Shown piece by piece: positions 41,516-55,869 of a stretch of DNA of 64,000 nucleotides (positions are counted from its first letter, which is position 1; every line of letters begins with the position of its first letter). Below the pieces are notes generated by a model. That model did no database searches and had not been told where the DNA came from. It saw only the letters and a program-made list of their open reading frames with translations. The stretch comes from Octopus sinensis (lineage: Eukaryota): positions 1,736,001 to 1,800,000 of the forward strand of contig NC_043008.1 in assembly GCF_006345805.1 (NCBI RefSeq). Direction: 5' to 3'. The translations under genes were made by a program, and so were the position numbers.

Positions 41516-43899
41516 TGTGTGTGTTTATGTGCTAGAGATGAAGATAGATAGGTAGATAGATATGTGAAAAATATATACATATTTACGCAATATATTATAT
41601 ATGTGGGTATATACACATATATGCATATAAATATATATATATGTGTATGTGTGTGTGTGTGTATATATATATACATATATATACATACATATAGAAATAT
41701 ATATATATATGTATAATATATGTATACACACGCATACACATATATGTATATGTACTCATATATGTATACGACCCTCCTTGCATGTGTGTGTGTGTGTTTA
41801 GTGTGTCTATTCATATAACATAAATTGAAAATATAGAGAAGACACCTGAGAAATTTTACGGTTGCCTTGTTCAGTATTATGGCTTACGTTTGAGGTGTTT
41901 CCGTCAACAGAACCCCTTTGATCTTGAATGTAGCAAAGATAATATCTTCCATCCTGATGACCATTTACCATTGTCGTGAAGAATTGAATAGTGAAAAATA
42001 CATTTAAAATAGTTATTGAAATTACATTTTCATATGTTGTGTTTATAACGATATATAAATCTTCCGCTAAATTGCGAAAGCCCTTTGTCTATAATGCATC
42101 TGAACAACAGATATTCATGACTTTGAATGTTTCAAGGAAATATAAGTAGATAGTGTTTAGTCAAAACAGCGTCTGAGAAACAATAATGCCATAAATACTG
42201 TGAGTATTCGTCATTCAGTCAATATATTTTAATATGTTTGATTCCACTTTGATTTGTGTTAAGTTCTATGTTCTTTATTTATGAAATGAATACATGAAAG
42301 AAACAAGCGCACATCCGAAATATTAGTTTCTGTTTTAAATCACAGTATTCATGTCTTTCTTTCTTTTCGCTTTTTTAATATGTGTGTCATTTATTTGAAG
42401 TTGCTTCCGACCAGCGGAACTTATACAAATATCCGAATGTGTCATAATTGTCATTATGATTTAAACATGTCTAATACTATTTACAATTAAGATTGTTTCT
42501 AATTACACCATGAAAAATGTCAAAATTTACTAACGTAATTTCGTAATATATGAACATTTCACTCACTTAACATATTGAATTACAAGTCTACTAAGGGTAA
42601 TTACTCGAAAATGTTAGTCTATTATATCGATATCGATGCTTCTATATTGTTCTATTCGGTAACATATTTTGTTACCTATGTAAATAGAATTCGATGTACC
42701 AGGACGCAACTCGGTGTGATTTATCGCGGTTTTTTAGAAACACACAAATGAAAATAAACCCCTTGAATACACACACAAAGACACACACAAACACATTGAC
42801 CCACACTCATACACACTTGCACACATACAAATACTGACATATGCACACCTAAATAAATGTGTGTTTATATGTACACAAGTGTACATTGCATGCAAGTGTT
42901 CTGAACAGCTGCGCAGTATTAAATATTTTCTGGTGAACTGAACTCATGTTGCGATTGGTGGAATCCTTTCAAGGCCAGCATAGTGACCCGTGGTGTCCTC
43001 CGCCTTAGTCTATATAGCCGACATACCTAGCGTCATTAACTACAGCTAAATAAAAATATTAGGTCATGTATCCGAACTCCAGAAAATGTTGAATGAATAA
43101 GAACAAAGGACTGAATTCCGGTATGATATAGAAGCTAGGCAAAAGCAACAACAATAATAATATTAATTTCTCTGTATCTACTTCTGCATCGCTCTCCATG
43201 TTTTCGGTCATCGTAATCCTGCTAAACCCATCGGGCTCGAGTCCTGGTTCTAGCCACCCTTTCTTCTTTATTGCTCCTATGTATTCACAGAGTCTCCATG
43301 CAGGAAGTAATAAAGGAAACGAAACAAACACCATAGATATAGCATTTGCTATTATTTCTAGCAATATAGGTGTCTTGACATCATTAGTCACATTTGGCGA
43401 CTATTATATTTTTACTATTTACATATGTGGGTGTGTTTGTGTGTGTGTTTGTGTGTTTGTGTGTGTGTGTGTGTTTGTGTGTAAGTGTGCGTTTGTGTGT
43501 ATGTGTGTGTGTTTAAGGACAGTGTAAAAGTAACTCGAAGACAAAATTGAATTGTACTCGTCTGCAGTTTACTCCAGAAATACATATGTTTTTAATCATA
43601 TTTATAAGATCTTGCAGATTTTGTACAGAAACTGTATAAAAAGAAATGATTGGGAATATCAACCAAGTCATCAAAAGCAAAATATACCTTAAGAGACTGA
43701 AAACATTAAATCGGGCAAAAGTACATGAAAAAATTTCCAACTCTGCTGTTATGAAATGAGGAAGCCAAATGCTGTTTTAGGTATCTATTTGATTGAACGC
43801 TTAGAGATATAGTTGAAAGATAAACAATATTCGGAAAAGAAGCCAGCTCTAGATGCAATGCTCAGAGTTCAACGTGTGTCTCTAAAAGGGGGCAAGTGT

Positions 43900-44960
43900 A
43901 GGAAAATATTCGTATTGTTTTGCAAGGTGTTGTGTGCGAAAGTCTAATATTTAAATTGGAGATTTGCTACCATGTATGTGCGAAGGTGAGAATGGATGCG
44001 GGAATGAGCCATTGAATGAAGTAGGATGGCGTTATCAATGTGAAAGGCGATATGGGTGTGTGTGATGGTGTATAACGAAAGTATGTAGATGTGTGAAATT
44101 TCTGAACACAGAGAATGTGTTTACTCTAAAACTCAAGAGAAATATGTCCGGAATCTTCCCGAACAAAACCCTTTAAAAATTCTGAATGTACACAAAAGTG
44201 CAAAATCGATAGAGTGAGTGTTCAGATAAAGGAAAGAAGCTGGTAAAATGTACAGTGTAGAGGAGATAATTGTTTTGGAGAATGTAGAAATATACAAGGA
44301 GAGGAAATAATAGGATGAATAGGTGAAACTCCATACATAATCATACGTGGTTTAAATAGGAAATAGTGATGGGTACAGAATTAATTTCGTTTAATAGATG
44401 ATGAAGTAGTGAGGAGAAGGAAGGGGCAGGGAAGTAATGTGTGCCAGTTTGTGTGTGTGTGTGTGTGTGTGTATTGCCATGCTAAAGAATCAATAGCGGT
44501 CAAGCAGAGGCCATAAGTGCAACAGAGCCAGAGGTGTGATTGAAGGTTCTGCAGCAAGAAGAAAGAGTCGATTTGTTGAAGAAGACATAGACGTGGATAT
44601 ATTTCGTCAATGTGGAAGTTTGTTTGCATTTGTCTCTATGCCTGTATTTTCTACTGCACCAGCGGTGGGTATATGAGCGTCCGTGTGCATATGTCTGAAA
44701 GTAAATTTGCAGCGTATGTTTGAGGATGAAGGTGTGTGTGAGGATGAAGGTGTGGTGGTGGTCGTGGATGCAATCTCTATTGGCGTTCCCGTCTGTGTAT
44801 ATGTGATCGAGAGTATTTATCAATGAGAAAGTTTGTAGGTGACTATTGGTGCGTGACTGTACAAATGAAAAGCATTTGTGAACCAGATGTGTGAGGAGTA
44901 CTATCAGACCACTGTCAGGGTATATATTTCCATACATATTCTATCAACAACGTAAACAAG
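43900..44960 (-). mobile_element. Possible highly degenerate Penelope-like retroelement
   Basis: Minus-strand MYGNIYPDSGLIVLL resembles PLE RT LYTNIPHxxGLxAL; downstream QLLSFI and YFRYTPSH resemble PLE RT C-terminal motifs; strong strand skew. Weak. Confidence 0.3.
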
Positions 44961-45185
44961 ACCCTCAGTTGAATCTGCATAGTATATTGATAAATATTTT
45001 CGCAGAATATGAAGATTGATTAAGCATTTAAAATTATTTCCAACGGTCTAATTATATCCAACTTTCTAGTATAGCACTTAGATAGATAGATATATAGACA
45101 GATTAGATATATAGATAGATAGATAGATAGATAGAAAGATAGATAAAATAGATAGATTGATAGATTAGATAGATAGATAGATAGT

Positions 45186-45229
<44 letters not shown>

Positions 45230-45310
45230 GAGATAGAGAGATAGAGAGATAGATAGATAGATAGATAGATATATGATAGATAGATAGATAGATAGATAGT
45301 TAGATAGATA

Positions 45311-45690
45311 TGTTTCTTTATTAGCCACACAGGGCTGCATACAGTTAGAACAAATTACAAGGTAGAGCTTTTCTTTTGAAGGTTTAAAAAAAAAAAAAAA
45401 AAAAAAGGAAAGGGGAGTTTCGATCAAAAGGGATCGTAAACGGAGAGAAAGAGGACAAAAAAAAGGGGGGGGGGGGCTAAAAAAAAAAGGGGGGGGGGGG
45501 GAGAGGAAAAAAAAATTGATCAATAGGGATCGTTATCACAGAAATGTCAATATGAAGTGTAAAGGGGAGGACAGGTGAGGTTTACTCGTGGAAAGAAAAG
45601 CCTACGGAAAAGACCACGGTAACCTCGGTCAATGAAGTCACATTTTATATTTCTTTTTTTTTTTTTTTTTTTTGCAAATAAGTTAGATAG
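45311..45690 (-). mobile_element. 3' end of a retroelement-like repeat embedded in a (GATA)n array
   Basis: Minus strand ends gtggctAATAAAgaaaca directly into (TATC)n; GATA arrays on both sides (45080-45310, 45690-45840). Confidence 0.5.
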
Positions 45691-45717
45691 TTAGATAGAT
45701 AGATAGATAGATAGATG

Positions 45718-45815
<98 letters not shown>

Positions 45816-46547
45816 GAGAGAGATAGACAGATAGATAGATGTTTAATGGTAATAAAAAATACTGTACACTGTAGGCTGTAGACGTTTACTTACTGAAATA
45901 ACGACTATTGGATCATAGAAATTGAAATATTTACTGATAACTACTGGCAGTCGTGATTGGAATTGTGTGTATGTACTAAACACTATGGGTAAATATATAC
46001 TTTGCTACTCCGAATTGAAAACAATACAAGTTGTAAGGTATTCAATAAAAAAAGGTAAAATATATTTTAAGGTGGCATTTTGTTTTTTATATTCTAGACG
46101 ATGATTTATCTATAGTAGTAATTATATACAAATAATTACATTAAAATATGAATAAATAAGATATTATCACGTATCGGTGAATGAATGAACAAGATTTCAT
46201 AAAGCTTTATGAATACTGCCTGGCAGAGGGGGGCGAAGCCGCCGCTTCAGCGTTAGAGAGCAATGATACTTCGTAATTGTTTCTCCATCTGTAATAAATC
46301 CCATTTGTTTAAAACAGTCGGTAATATACAACCGGTAAGTATTGTTGGCGTGAAAGAATGGGATATTTGTTTGCATGAATATCGAACTATTTATTATTTG
46401 AAGCAGATTAAGAAAATGTCGCACGCGTACACGGGCATGCATACATATATATATACATACACACACCCATACACTCATACTTGCATACATACACATACAT
46501 ACATACATGCATACATATATATACATATATATATACATATATATATA

Positions 46548-46631
<84 letters not shown>

Positions 46632-46691
46632 ATATACGTTTAAATATTGTTGTGCAAGATTTTTTTATGTGAAGTCGTGTGGTTGAAACAG

Positions 46692-47687
46692 ATATTGTTA
46701 TATTTCGGAATGGTCATATTGCCAGTTTAGCCAATAAAAACACACGCACTATATATTGGTGTTATTTTGCTTCAGTGTATTTATTTTTTACATTAATCTT
46801 AATCTTATTTCGGCCAAGTTCTTTCGTCACACTCCTGTGACCGCATCAGTGGTCCTTTGTTTTCTTCTCATTACTTGTGTCTCTCCTTACTAACCGTCAG
46901 CCATTTTTATTTCTATTGTATGTCTTCATTTGCGCATGCTTATATCTCTATGTGCGTCTATGTTTATTTAGTGTGTGTGTGGGGGGGATGCCTGTAATAT
47001 TTGTATCTTCTGGTTATATACATTCTTGTAATTTGTATTTTGTTTTTGTTGTTGTTGCTTTTGTTCTAATTTTGTTCATGTGTTTATATCCACCCATTAT
47101 TATCATTACATATGCTTGTATGTATGTATAACAACAATATTAGTAATAATAATAATAAATCTAATCGAAAAAAAAAAAAATATATATATATATATTTTTT
47201 TTTTTTTTTCGATTAGATTTATTATTATTAATACTAATATTGTTGTTATACATACATACAAGCATATGTAATGATATAATGGGTGGATATAAACACATGA
47301 ACAAAATTAGAACAAAAGCAACAACAACAAAAACAAAATACAATTACAAGAATGTATATAACCAGAAGATACAAATATTACAGGCACCCCCCCACACCAC
47401 ACACTAAATAAACATAGACGCACATAGAGATATAAGCATGCGCAAATGAAGACATACAATAGAAATACAAAATGGCTGACGTTAGTAAGGAGAGACACAA
47501 GTAAGTGAGAAGAAAACAAAGGACCACTGATGCGGTCACAGGAGTGTGACGAAAGAACTTTGGCCGAAATAAGATTAAGATTAATGTAAAAAATAAATAG
47601 CACTGAAGCAAAATAACACCAAATATATAGTGCGTGTGTTTTTATTGGCTAAACTGGCAATATGACCATTCCGAAATATAACAATAT
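46692..47687. repeat. About 1-kb spacer-less palindrome (arms about 497 bp) centred on A13(TA)7T15
   Basis: 46692-47180 is the reverse complement of 47195-47687; differences are almost all single-base indels. Confidence 0.95.
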
Positions 47688-48052
47688 ATATATATATGTA
47701 TATATATATGTATGTATGTATACACACACGCATACATTCATATATACATGCATACACATACACGTACAATTATGCATTTATGGTATATGTAATTATGTTG
47801 CTGCTTTTACTCGATATAAGAAATATTTCACAAATATAACTACTCCGAAAAATATGCACTTTATATGTATTTTTAATTTTATAGCTATATAATGCTGATT
47901 TAGGCATGAAATGATCTATATTTTGTTGTTATTATTATAAACTAGTTGTATTGCCATCGATAATAATGACAATATTAATATTTAATAAACATTCGATTCT
48001 GTATTATATATGCTGCTCATATATATATATCTATATATATATATATATATAT

Positions 48053-48321
<269 letters not shown>

Positions 48322-51168
48322 CTACTTTGGTAAGTGTCGGCCAATATTGGTGTAGGTATTGTCTTAATTACCACCAACTTGAAAAAGCATCTAAATGTGA
48401 TTCGACTTGTTCATTCTGTTACTTATAAGAAATACAAAACTATCGGATACTTTAATACAATTGGAAACAGAGAATATATTCACTTTCACTATTGGGCCTT
48501 GATAGTTCATATTACAAGAATGTCTAAATAATATAGATTATCCAGTAACATTATTTATTTCATAGTAACTGTATTAATAACTTAAGTATATATTATAATC
48601 ATATCAAGATATTTCTTACTTCCAATATCATCTAAGTTGATTTCCATTGATATTCTACATTAATGATGGTTATACAAGATAAATTCTCGGCCTTAGTAGT
48701 TTTGGATGTTAAAAGTTACAATGTTTGATGGTTGGTGTATATCATATTATTAACGTAAGAATGGAATTTCTACAAATAAGAAAGAAAGTATGGTGTAGTG
48801 TCTGATTGTGCGAAATATATTCTGCATCGAGAGTGCTCAGCAGTGAGAAGAGAAACAATATTTATTATTAAATTGATTTATGTGAATGGCAATCGAAATT
48901 AAAATGAAATGTATATGCATGATTAACATTTGATTTCGGCAACCACCGATTCTCTCATCTTATCATCACTTTCTTTACAAAGATTAATGGTATATGAATC
49001 TCCAGCAAAGTCAGTAGAAGTATCGTATATACATAATATATGATGTCTGCTATTTATTGGTACCCCGGTATTAGATAAATTTGGATAAATATAAGCAACA
49101 GAACCATCAAATAATCTTGTTTTCTTTATCGTTTTATATTTTCATCAAGCAATTCTAAAACATCATTGTTAATGCTTCATCTGACTTTTAGTTTCTCCTT
49201 CAATCAATGATTGGAGTATGGCTACGCTCGGAATTTGATTTGAAGGATTTAATCGCTCACGTCGACCCAATCCCAGTATTTATTTTTAAATCTGGTATTA
49301 ATTTTATCTTTTCTCTTGATGGACCCGCAAACGGTGGGGAAGTAAACAGGCGAAACCTTATTTTATCTGCTCTTGGATGGGGAAAACAAACATGCACTTG
49401 CATACATTGTTTCCACACACCTGTTTACCAAATTCACATGCAAACCATTTGTTGCACCGGGGTTATACTGCCCTGCTCTGTGACTGAACCAGAAAATGTG
49501 GTTGAAATCGATCTTCTTAAAGAAACATCCCACCTGCGGGTATAAAAATGCAAATTATACTGACGTGATGCAAACACGAAGCCTTCTCAGAATCTCCACT
49601 GTTAACCAACGAGGCGGATGAAAGTTTAGTCATGGCATTTACCAATACCTACAAAGGTTTACATTTATTTTCATGGACCAAACATTTCTGCTTGGAATAT
49701 TTGAAGTTACAATTTTCGCATAGTTTCTCCAAATTCATTTAACTTTGTATTATGAACGGAAAACTTATCGTCGGTTCCCTTTCGTACTTAATTACAAAAT
49801 TCCGCCGTTTACACAGTGTGGCTAACGAAATGTTCAAGACATTCACTTACTGAAGTTAAAGTTGTAGCCGTTAACTTTCACAATTGAATAATATTATTTT
49901 ACACGAGAACCATTTATTTCGTAATAGTCACTGTAAATTACTTTTCATTTTTTAATTAACAATTATCCTGCTACAAATATCATATATTCAAATTATATCC
50001 TCGAATCACTTGTAAGAGAGTTTATTGTTAAATATTTTAAGCCTGCTTCAACTGCTATTATTATTGATTTAGGAACCCAAATTTAGTAATTCTGTGTAAT
50101 GTAACTCCACTTGCCAGACATTAGTTCCCACTGTTCGCCACGTAGAAAATACTGAAGTGCTAAACAAGAACAAACAAATAATAATAAATGAACGAAAATA
50201 CTACCATAAAAAATTCAGCTGTTTATAAATTACTATCGATTCAACTTTTTATTGAAATCTAATTCCAAAATTAGCATTTGTCTGAAAATGCTAAAATGAT
50301 AATAGGATGGTAACGTTGATGTTGATTATCATGGCTATATTCGCAATCATGATCATCGCCATAATGTTGGAGAAGGCAAAGTAGAGTGAATGGGGAGGGT
50401 GATGATATTATTTGAGATTATCAATCTGGAAAAGAAACCTTCTGCCGCAATATGTCGAAAGATAATGTAGTGGAAAGTGATCTGTTCAAAATTCGTTGAG
50501 CCGTGTCGGCAACTTAGTCCAGCCGGTTACATGTCAGATCGAAGCTCATTTATATTACTTCATTTAGAGTAGAATTTTCCTATTTATCATCAGTGAATTT
50601 TCCAATAATGAAGATTATACGAAGGCCTATGAAGACAAGTTAGTCATATACTTTTCGATATTTAGTTTGATCTCTACATAAACCTGACGCCAAATGAACA
50701 TTCGAGAAAAGTCAATGTAATTAGCCAATATATAAACAGTAATCGCTCATTAACTACTATGATGCGTTATGGTTAGTTAGCAAGAGAGTTATTAGTAGTA
50801 GTTGTATCAGTCACGTTAATCACCTCTGATTCGTTATTGTGAAAAGAAAGACCATAAAGGAGTGAAATATCGCTGGCGCCTCGAATATGTAGTGGTCTAT
50901 TCATTGGTTCCAGTTCAACTTGAGAATTTACAGAATTGTACAGAGCATGTTCACAATCAGTTTTAAAGTGATTAAAGTATTACATCGAAGACCTAAGTGA
51001 TTTATTCTAGATTTCTACGTGGGATTAATTGTCATTAGTTAGAAATAAATGTTAACGGCGCTTAAATCATTGTTACATGTGAAAAGTTTTAACGATGTTA
51101 AACAACAAAATATTGAACCTGTCCATCAGACGTATTGGAATTAGAAAGCAAATCCCAAAATCACAACA

Positions 51169-51215
<47 letters not shown>

Positions 51216-51440
51216 TGAACTTTACAGAGAGAATAAAAAATCTTTGGTTCTAGCGGTCAGAGAGATAGATGTGGGGAAAGAGATTAGAATAGGAAATGGA
51301 AAAGTAAAACATTTGCTATTGCTTGATCAATGGAATTTCCATTATCCTTGACCAGAGACTATCATCGAATTTTCACTTACGGAACTGTTCATTTATCTAT
51401 AACGATCTTTCTTTGTTCATGCCAATACTATATGCATATG

Positions 51441-51620
51441 CAGTAATCCTTCGCCATATCGCGGTTCACCTATCGCGGTTCACCTATCGTGGCTCACCTA
51501 TCGCGGTTAATTATTCAATCTTACGTCGATTCCTCCGTTGTGTCGTTTTGCATTTATAATAAAATAAATATACACAAGTTATAAGAAATAATTATAAAAA
51601 ATCGCGGAAGAATTTCTCAA
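51441..51620 (+). mobile_element. Tigger/pogo-like terminal fragment with a 14-bp internal tandem repeat
   Basis: cagtaatccttcgccatatcgcggttcacctat; cgcggttcacctat about x3.5. Confidence 0.45.
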
Positions 51621-51639
51621 GATTATTTGCCGCTCGTGT

Positions 51640-51858
51640 TCGATATTTGACCCATGTTGTGCCTTCAGATTTCCTCCAGTTTCGGTCTCTTCCAAATTCA
51701 CTTAATGGACAAACATTCAACTCTGAATAGGATGTAGAATTTGATGAGGGAAGAGTTTTGCGCGAATAATGACTGGAAATTCGTTGAGCAGGGAATACAT
51801 GAGTCGTCCAAGTTAGCACAACGTACTGAATCGAAACGGTGAGTATATCATTGATTGA
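51640..51858 (+). mobile_element. Mariner transposase 3' end (second family)
   Basis: ..VPSDF..FRSLPNSLNGQTFNSE*DV (after the YSPDLAP motif) and terminal NVLNRNGEYIID*. Confidence 0.75.
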
Positions 51859-52622
51859 ATATATTGATTTGTGTTTAAAACTGATGTCTTATTTTTGCTT
51901 GAAAGAAAAGAGAAAGAAATTTTGTGACAAGTCCATAATAAATATTAGCTCCGGCAAAAACAATTTTAACAAGAACAACAACAACAACTATAACTTCCAT
52001 ACAAAAACAATAGTGTCGCGTAATTGCAAAATTTTTCAATAAAATTTGATGTTAATCAATGAAAGGAAAGCAATGGTGAACTTTTCATGGATATTGTAAC
52101 CTCTCTAACATTTAGTAATCATCTCACAATGAAAATGTAAAAAAAGATTCAGAACTTATACAGTTTTCCAATCAATTTAACAATTGTAACGTAGAATTGT
52201 GTAGTTTATATAGATTGCTATTTTGTGTATTTCGTTCTGATTTATTGCTTTATTCATATTTACCTTTCCTTGGTGTAATACGTCAAATTCCTTTTTTGGT
52301 TACTGAAGCACTTTATATATATACTAAAGATATTATTTCAATTTTATCAAAATATATGGACTGTAAAGTTCCATTCAGTAAAATAATGAAACAATTATTT
52401 CCTTTGCGAAAATATTTACTGAATACACGCTGGCATTCCCTTTATGCACATTTCTTCTAAGTTTGAGTAATTTAGGCAACACATATAATTGAAATCAAAC
52501 TTGTTCTGTAAAAATGAAATTCCCAATTATTATTAGCCGAGGTAACGAAGCAATCTCTAAATAACTGCTTGAACTTTAATAAAACAAATTCTTGTCAAAT
52601 CTACTTACCATACGTTACTCAC

Positions 52623-52671
52623 GTACACATTTTGTAGCACATTGGGCAACGTAGTTCAACATTCATTATAT
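52623..52671 (-). CDS. Candidate 49-nt exon with a CxxC motif (xIMNVELRCPMCYKMC)
   Basis: ctattcag acceptor, gtgagt donor, single open frame. Confidence 0.2.
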
Positions 52672-53344
52672 CTGAATAGACGGTTGTAACATCACGAATA
52701 TAACACACGTGATCATAGATTCTCTTTATAGAGCTGTCCATTATACGGCGAAGAAAGATTTTATACACAACGATTCAAAATTGTGCAATTAATTATCAGT
52801 GTACTAACCATTAACCCTTCACGAAAATGGGAAAAATATATTATTAAAATCGATACATAAGAGTGTAAACAATGGAAAACATTGAATGTGTAAGAAACAG
52901 ATGAAAAGCGTCTCTGATATTCCTTCAGGCAAAGAGATATTACAATAATAACATAGTTGGGAAAAACATCGTATATTCATATATGGAATTAGAAAAACAG
53001 TAACGTTAAGAATTAAACATGATTGCCTTCCCTCAACTTTAGACTACAAGTTATCTCATCTCTTACTTCAGATTCATATACGTGCGTGTGTCTGTGTGTG
53101 TGTGTGTGAGTGTGTGTGTGTGTGCATATGCGTACATGTATTCATACATATGCACAGAGACATACGTACTGACACACTTTCGGACAAACAGCTATATATA
53201 GTTTGCTAAATGCCAGCGCACGAAATTCTCGGCAACCTAGTCACGTTCCTGCTTCTGCTCCATATTACTAAAGCTACATACACATATACATGCACACCCG
53301 CGTGTGTATGTATGTATGTATCTATCTATCTGTCTGTCTGTCTG

Positions 53345-53417
<73 letters not shown>

Positions 53418-53713
53418 GCATGTAAGCATGAATATGTAATTCGGTGCACGCAATAGCAGATGCGTTAAATTGAATTAGTCAACTAATTATTATATGTAAT
53501 AAATATATACAAGGCTGACAAGAAAGTAACAACACACTCATAAAATGTTTCATTCGAAGACAAAGGCTCATTAACTTACGTATCAAAGGTGTACACACTT
53601 CATGCATTATGCAAATGTAGTTCATGTAATATTCAGTAAGTATTGGTGGTTCTATCAGTTTGACTATTTGCTTGCGTGCATTTGTGTTTGGTCTCGTATT
53701 TAGAAATATATAT

Positions 53714-53810
<97 letters not shown>

Positions 53811-54053
53811 GTGTATGTGTGTGTATGTATGTAATGTATATATGTATGTATATCTATGGTATATATGCATTATATATACTTATATGTAAGTATATCAACC
53901 CAACTATGTATCCATGTATCAATCTATCTACCTACCTATCTATCTATCTATCTATCTATATATATATTTATATATGTATGTATATATATATATATATTTA
54001 CATATGTATATATATATAATATATATATATTTATATATATATATATGTGTGTA

Positions 54054-54156
<103 letters not shown>

Positions 54157-54164
54157 TATACATG

Positions 54165-54908
54165 GATACATAGCATGTGGCGTAGGAAGGATGAACGCTA
54201 CAGAGACGTTTGTGTCATGGAGAGAGACGCATGGGATGGCCAAAGCATCATAGTTTGGGGTGCTATAAGCCTGAATCAAAGAAGTGGGCCCCATGTGTTC
54301 TAAAATGTTGGTGCAGCTAGAGGTAATGGCATCACAGTTCTTCGTTGACCAGAACCTAAGACCTTACATCGTGCCCTTTATCGCGCATTGCCATGGCCAT
54401 ATGTTCCAGCAGAACAATGCTCCTTCCCATCCTACGGGGCCAGAATCACCATGGACTTCCTGCGTCAATACAACATAAGAACCATTCCGTGGTCGGATCT
54501 CAGCCGGGATTTGAATCCAATTGGACACCTGTGGGATGAAATCTAGAGACATCTGAACCAGGTGGTCCCACGGCCAACATCTGGTATGGAAGTGGAGGCA
54601 GCAATCTTCCGGGTGTGGGCACGGGTGTCAATGGCTTTTGGGAACCGGTTCATGCACTCCATGTACCGACAATGTACCGACGGTTGCCAGGGAGGGTATA
54701 GACGGTATTGCACATGTCACACTTTACAATCTCGATTTACTGGATCTGCCCAATACCATAACAGGTGACAATGACGCACAGACTGTGGTCAAAGTGAATC
54801 AAACAAATAGGCTTTATCAGATTTATCAACATTTATCTCTGACAAAATAACATTAAAACAAAATGTCACAGTCACACACGTCTCGCGTTTCATTTGTGGT
54901 TTAGTGTA
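54165..54908 (+). mobile_element. Tc1 (DD34E-type) transposon, 3' half, disrupted
   Basis: [19 protein letters not shown]; FQQNNAP; IPWSDLSRDLNPIGHLWDEI*RHL..VWARVS..FMHSMYRQC; likely TIR ending gtttagtgta. The 5' side is lost at a (GATA)/(TA) tract. Confidence 0.85.
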
Positions 54909-55828
54909 CTTGTGTAAAGTCTTAGCTGATTTACTTGTATTTTAGTTGTTCTCTGTTTGGTAACTTGAAGTTTATCGCTGATAGTTCACTTGCTGGAGGA
55001 CAAATAGATGAATATTTGATCGAATTTCAAATGCATTAAAAGTCTATTGGTTTTTTTCACTTTCAGTTTTCTATTGAATTCAATTGATACTAATAATAAT
55101 AGTCTTGAAACGTGGCTTTCGCCTCAGCTGTCTATGCTTTCGTTCCTACAGTCGTGAGTGAAACCCAGTTAACGTCACGTTCAGTTAAGGATTTTCTGTT
55201 TGCTAACTATCCTGCGGAAATAGGGTTTCGAATGCTTTAATTAGAGTATAAATTATTTTTTAGAATAAATGATGGATTTATTTGTCGCTTGTATTAGCTG
55301 CTCTATTACCACTTGTCTAGGATATTTTAATATAATTATGTTGCCGAGGTTTTTCATGAACGTGGGATGAAATAATGTGCATATTGCATGTGTTATGTTC
55401 AACTGGAATGAATCGAGCCACAGGCGGTGTCCAACCATCGTATTAAACATGCTCTCCGATGATCGATTGATTTGGGCATTCTATATTGCTTAGATAATAA
55501 CGGGACCATTGCCAGACAGGTTGAACTGTGAAAGAAATGTACCATTATGTGAGGAGATGAAAAATGTACTTTCTTCATGCAGCAACATCTAAAGTATGTG
55601 AGATGCGGAAAACAGTGTACGAAAGCTGCACGAGTTCACGTGAATGAAACAGATACGGACATATTCGCCACGAACATGTGAACATATGTAATACGGCATG
55701 GCACTCGTAAATATAAATTACCGTGCTTATCTGTTAAACATCTCTGTGTGTCTATGAGTGTGTGCGCCCACGCGTGTGTGTGTGCATGCGTGCATGTGGG
55801 TGTATATGAATACACACACACATACACA

Positions 55829-55869
<41 letters not shown>

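Noticed and set aside
43059-43391. 110-aa minus-strand ORF with hydrophobic segments
   Set aside because: No recognisable family, partly (TTG/TTA)n-derived, and no consistent splice boundaries with the neighbouring 19-nt candidate near 43030-43047.
49207-49545. 112-aa ORF in non-repetitive sequence (and a minus-strand candidate exon VGCFFKKIDFNHIFW...)
   Set aside because: Several frames on both strands are equally plausible and none shows a motif; cannot be supported.
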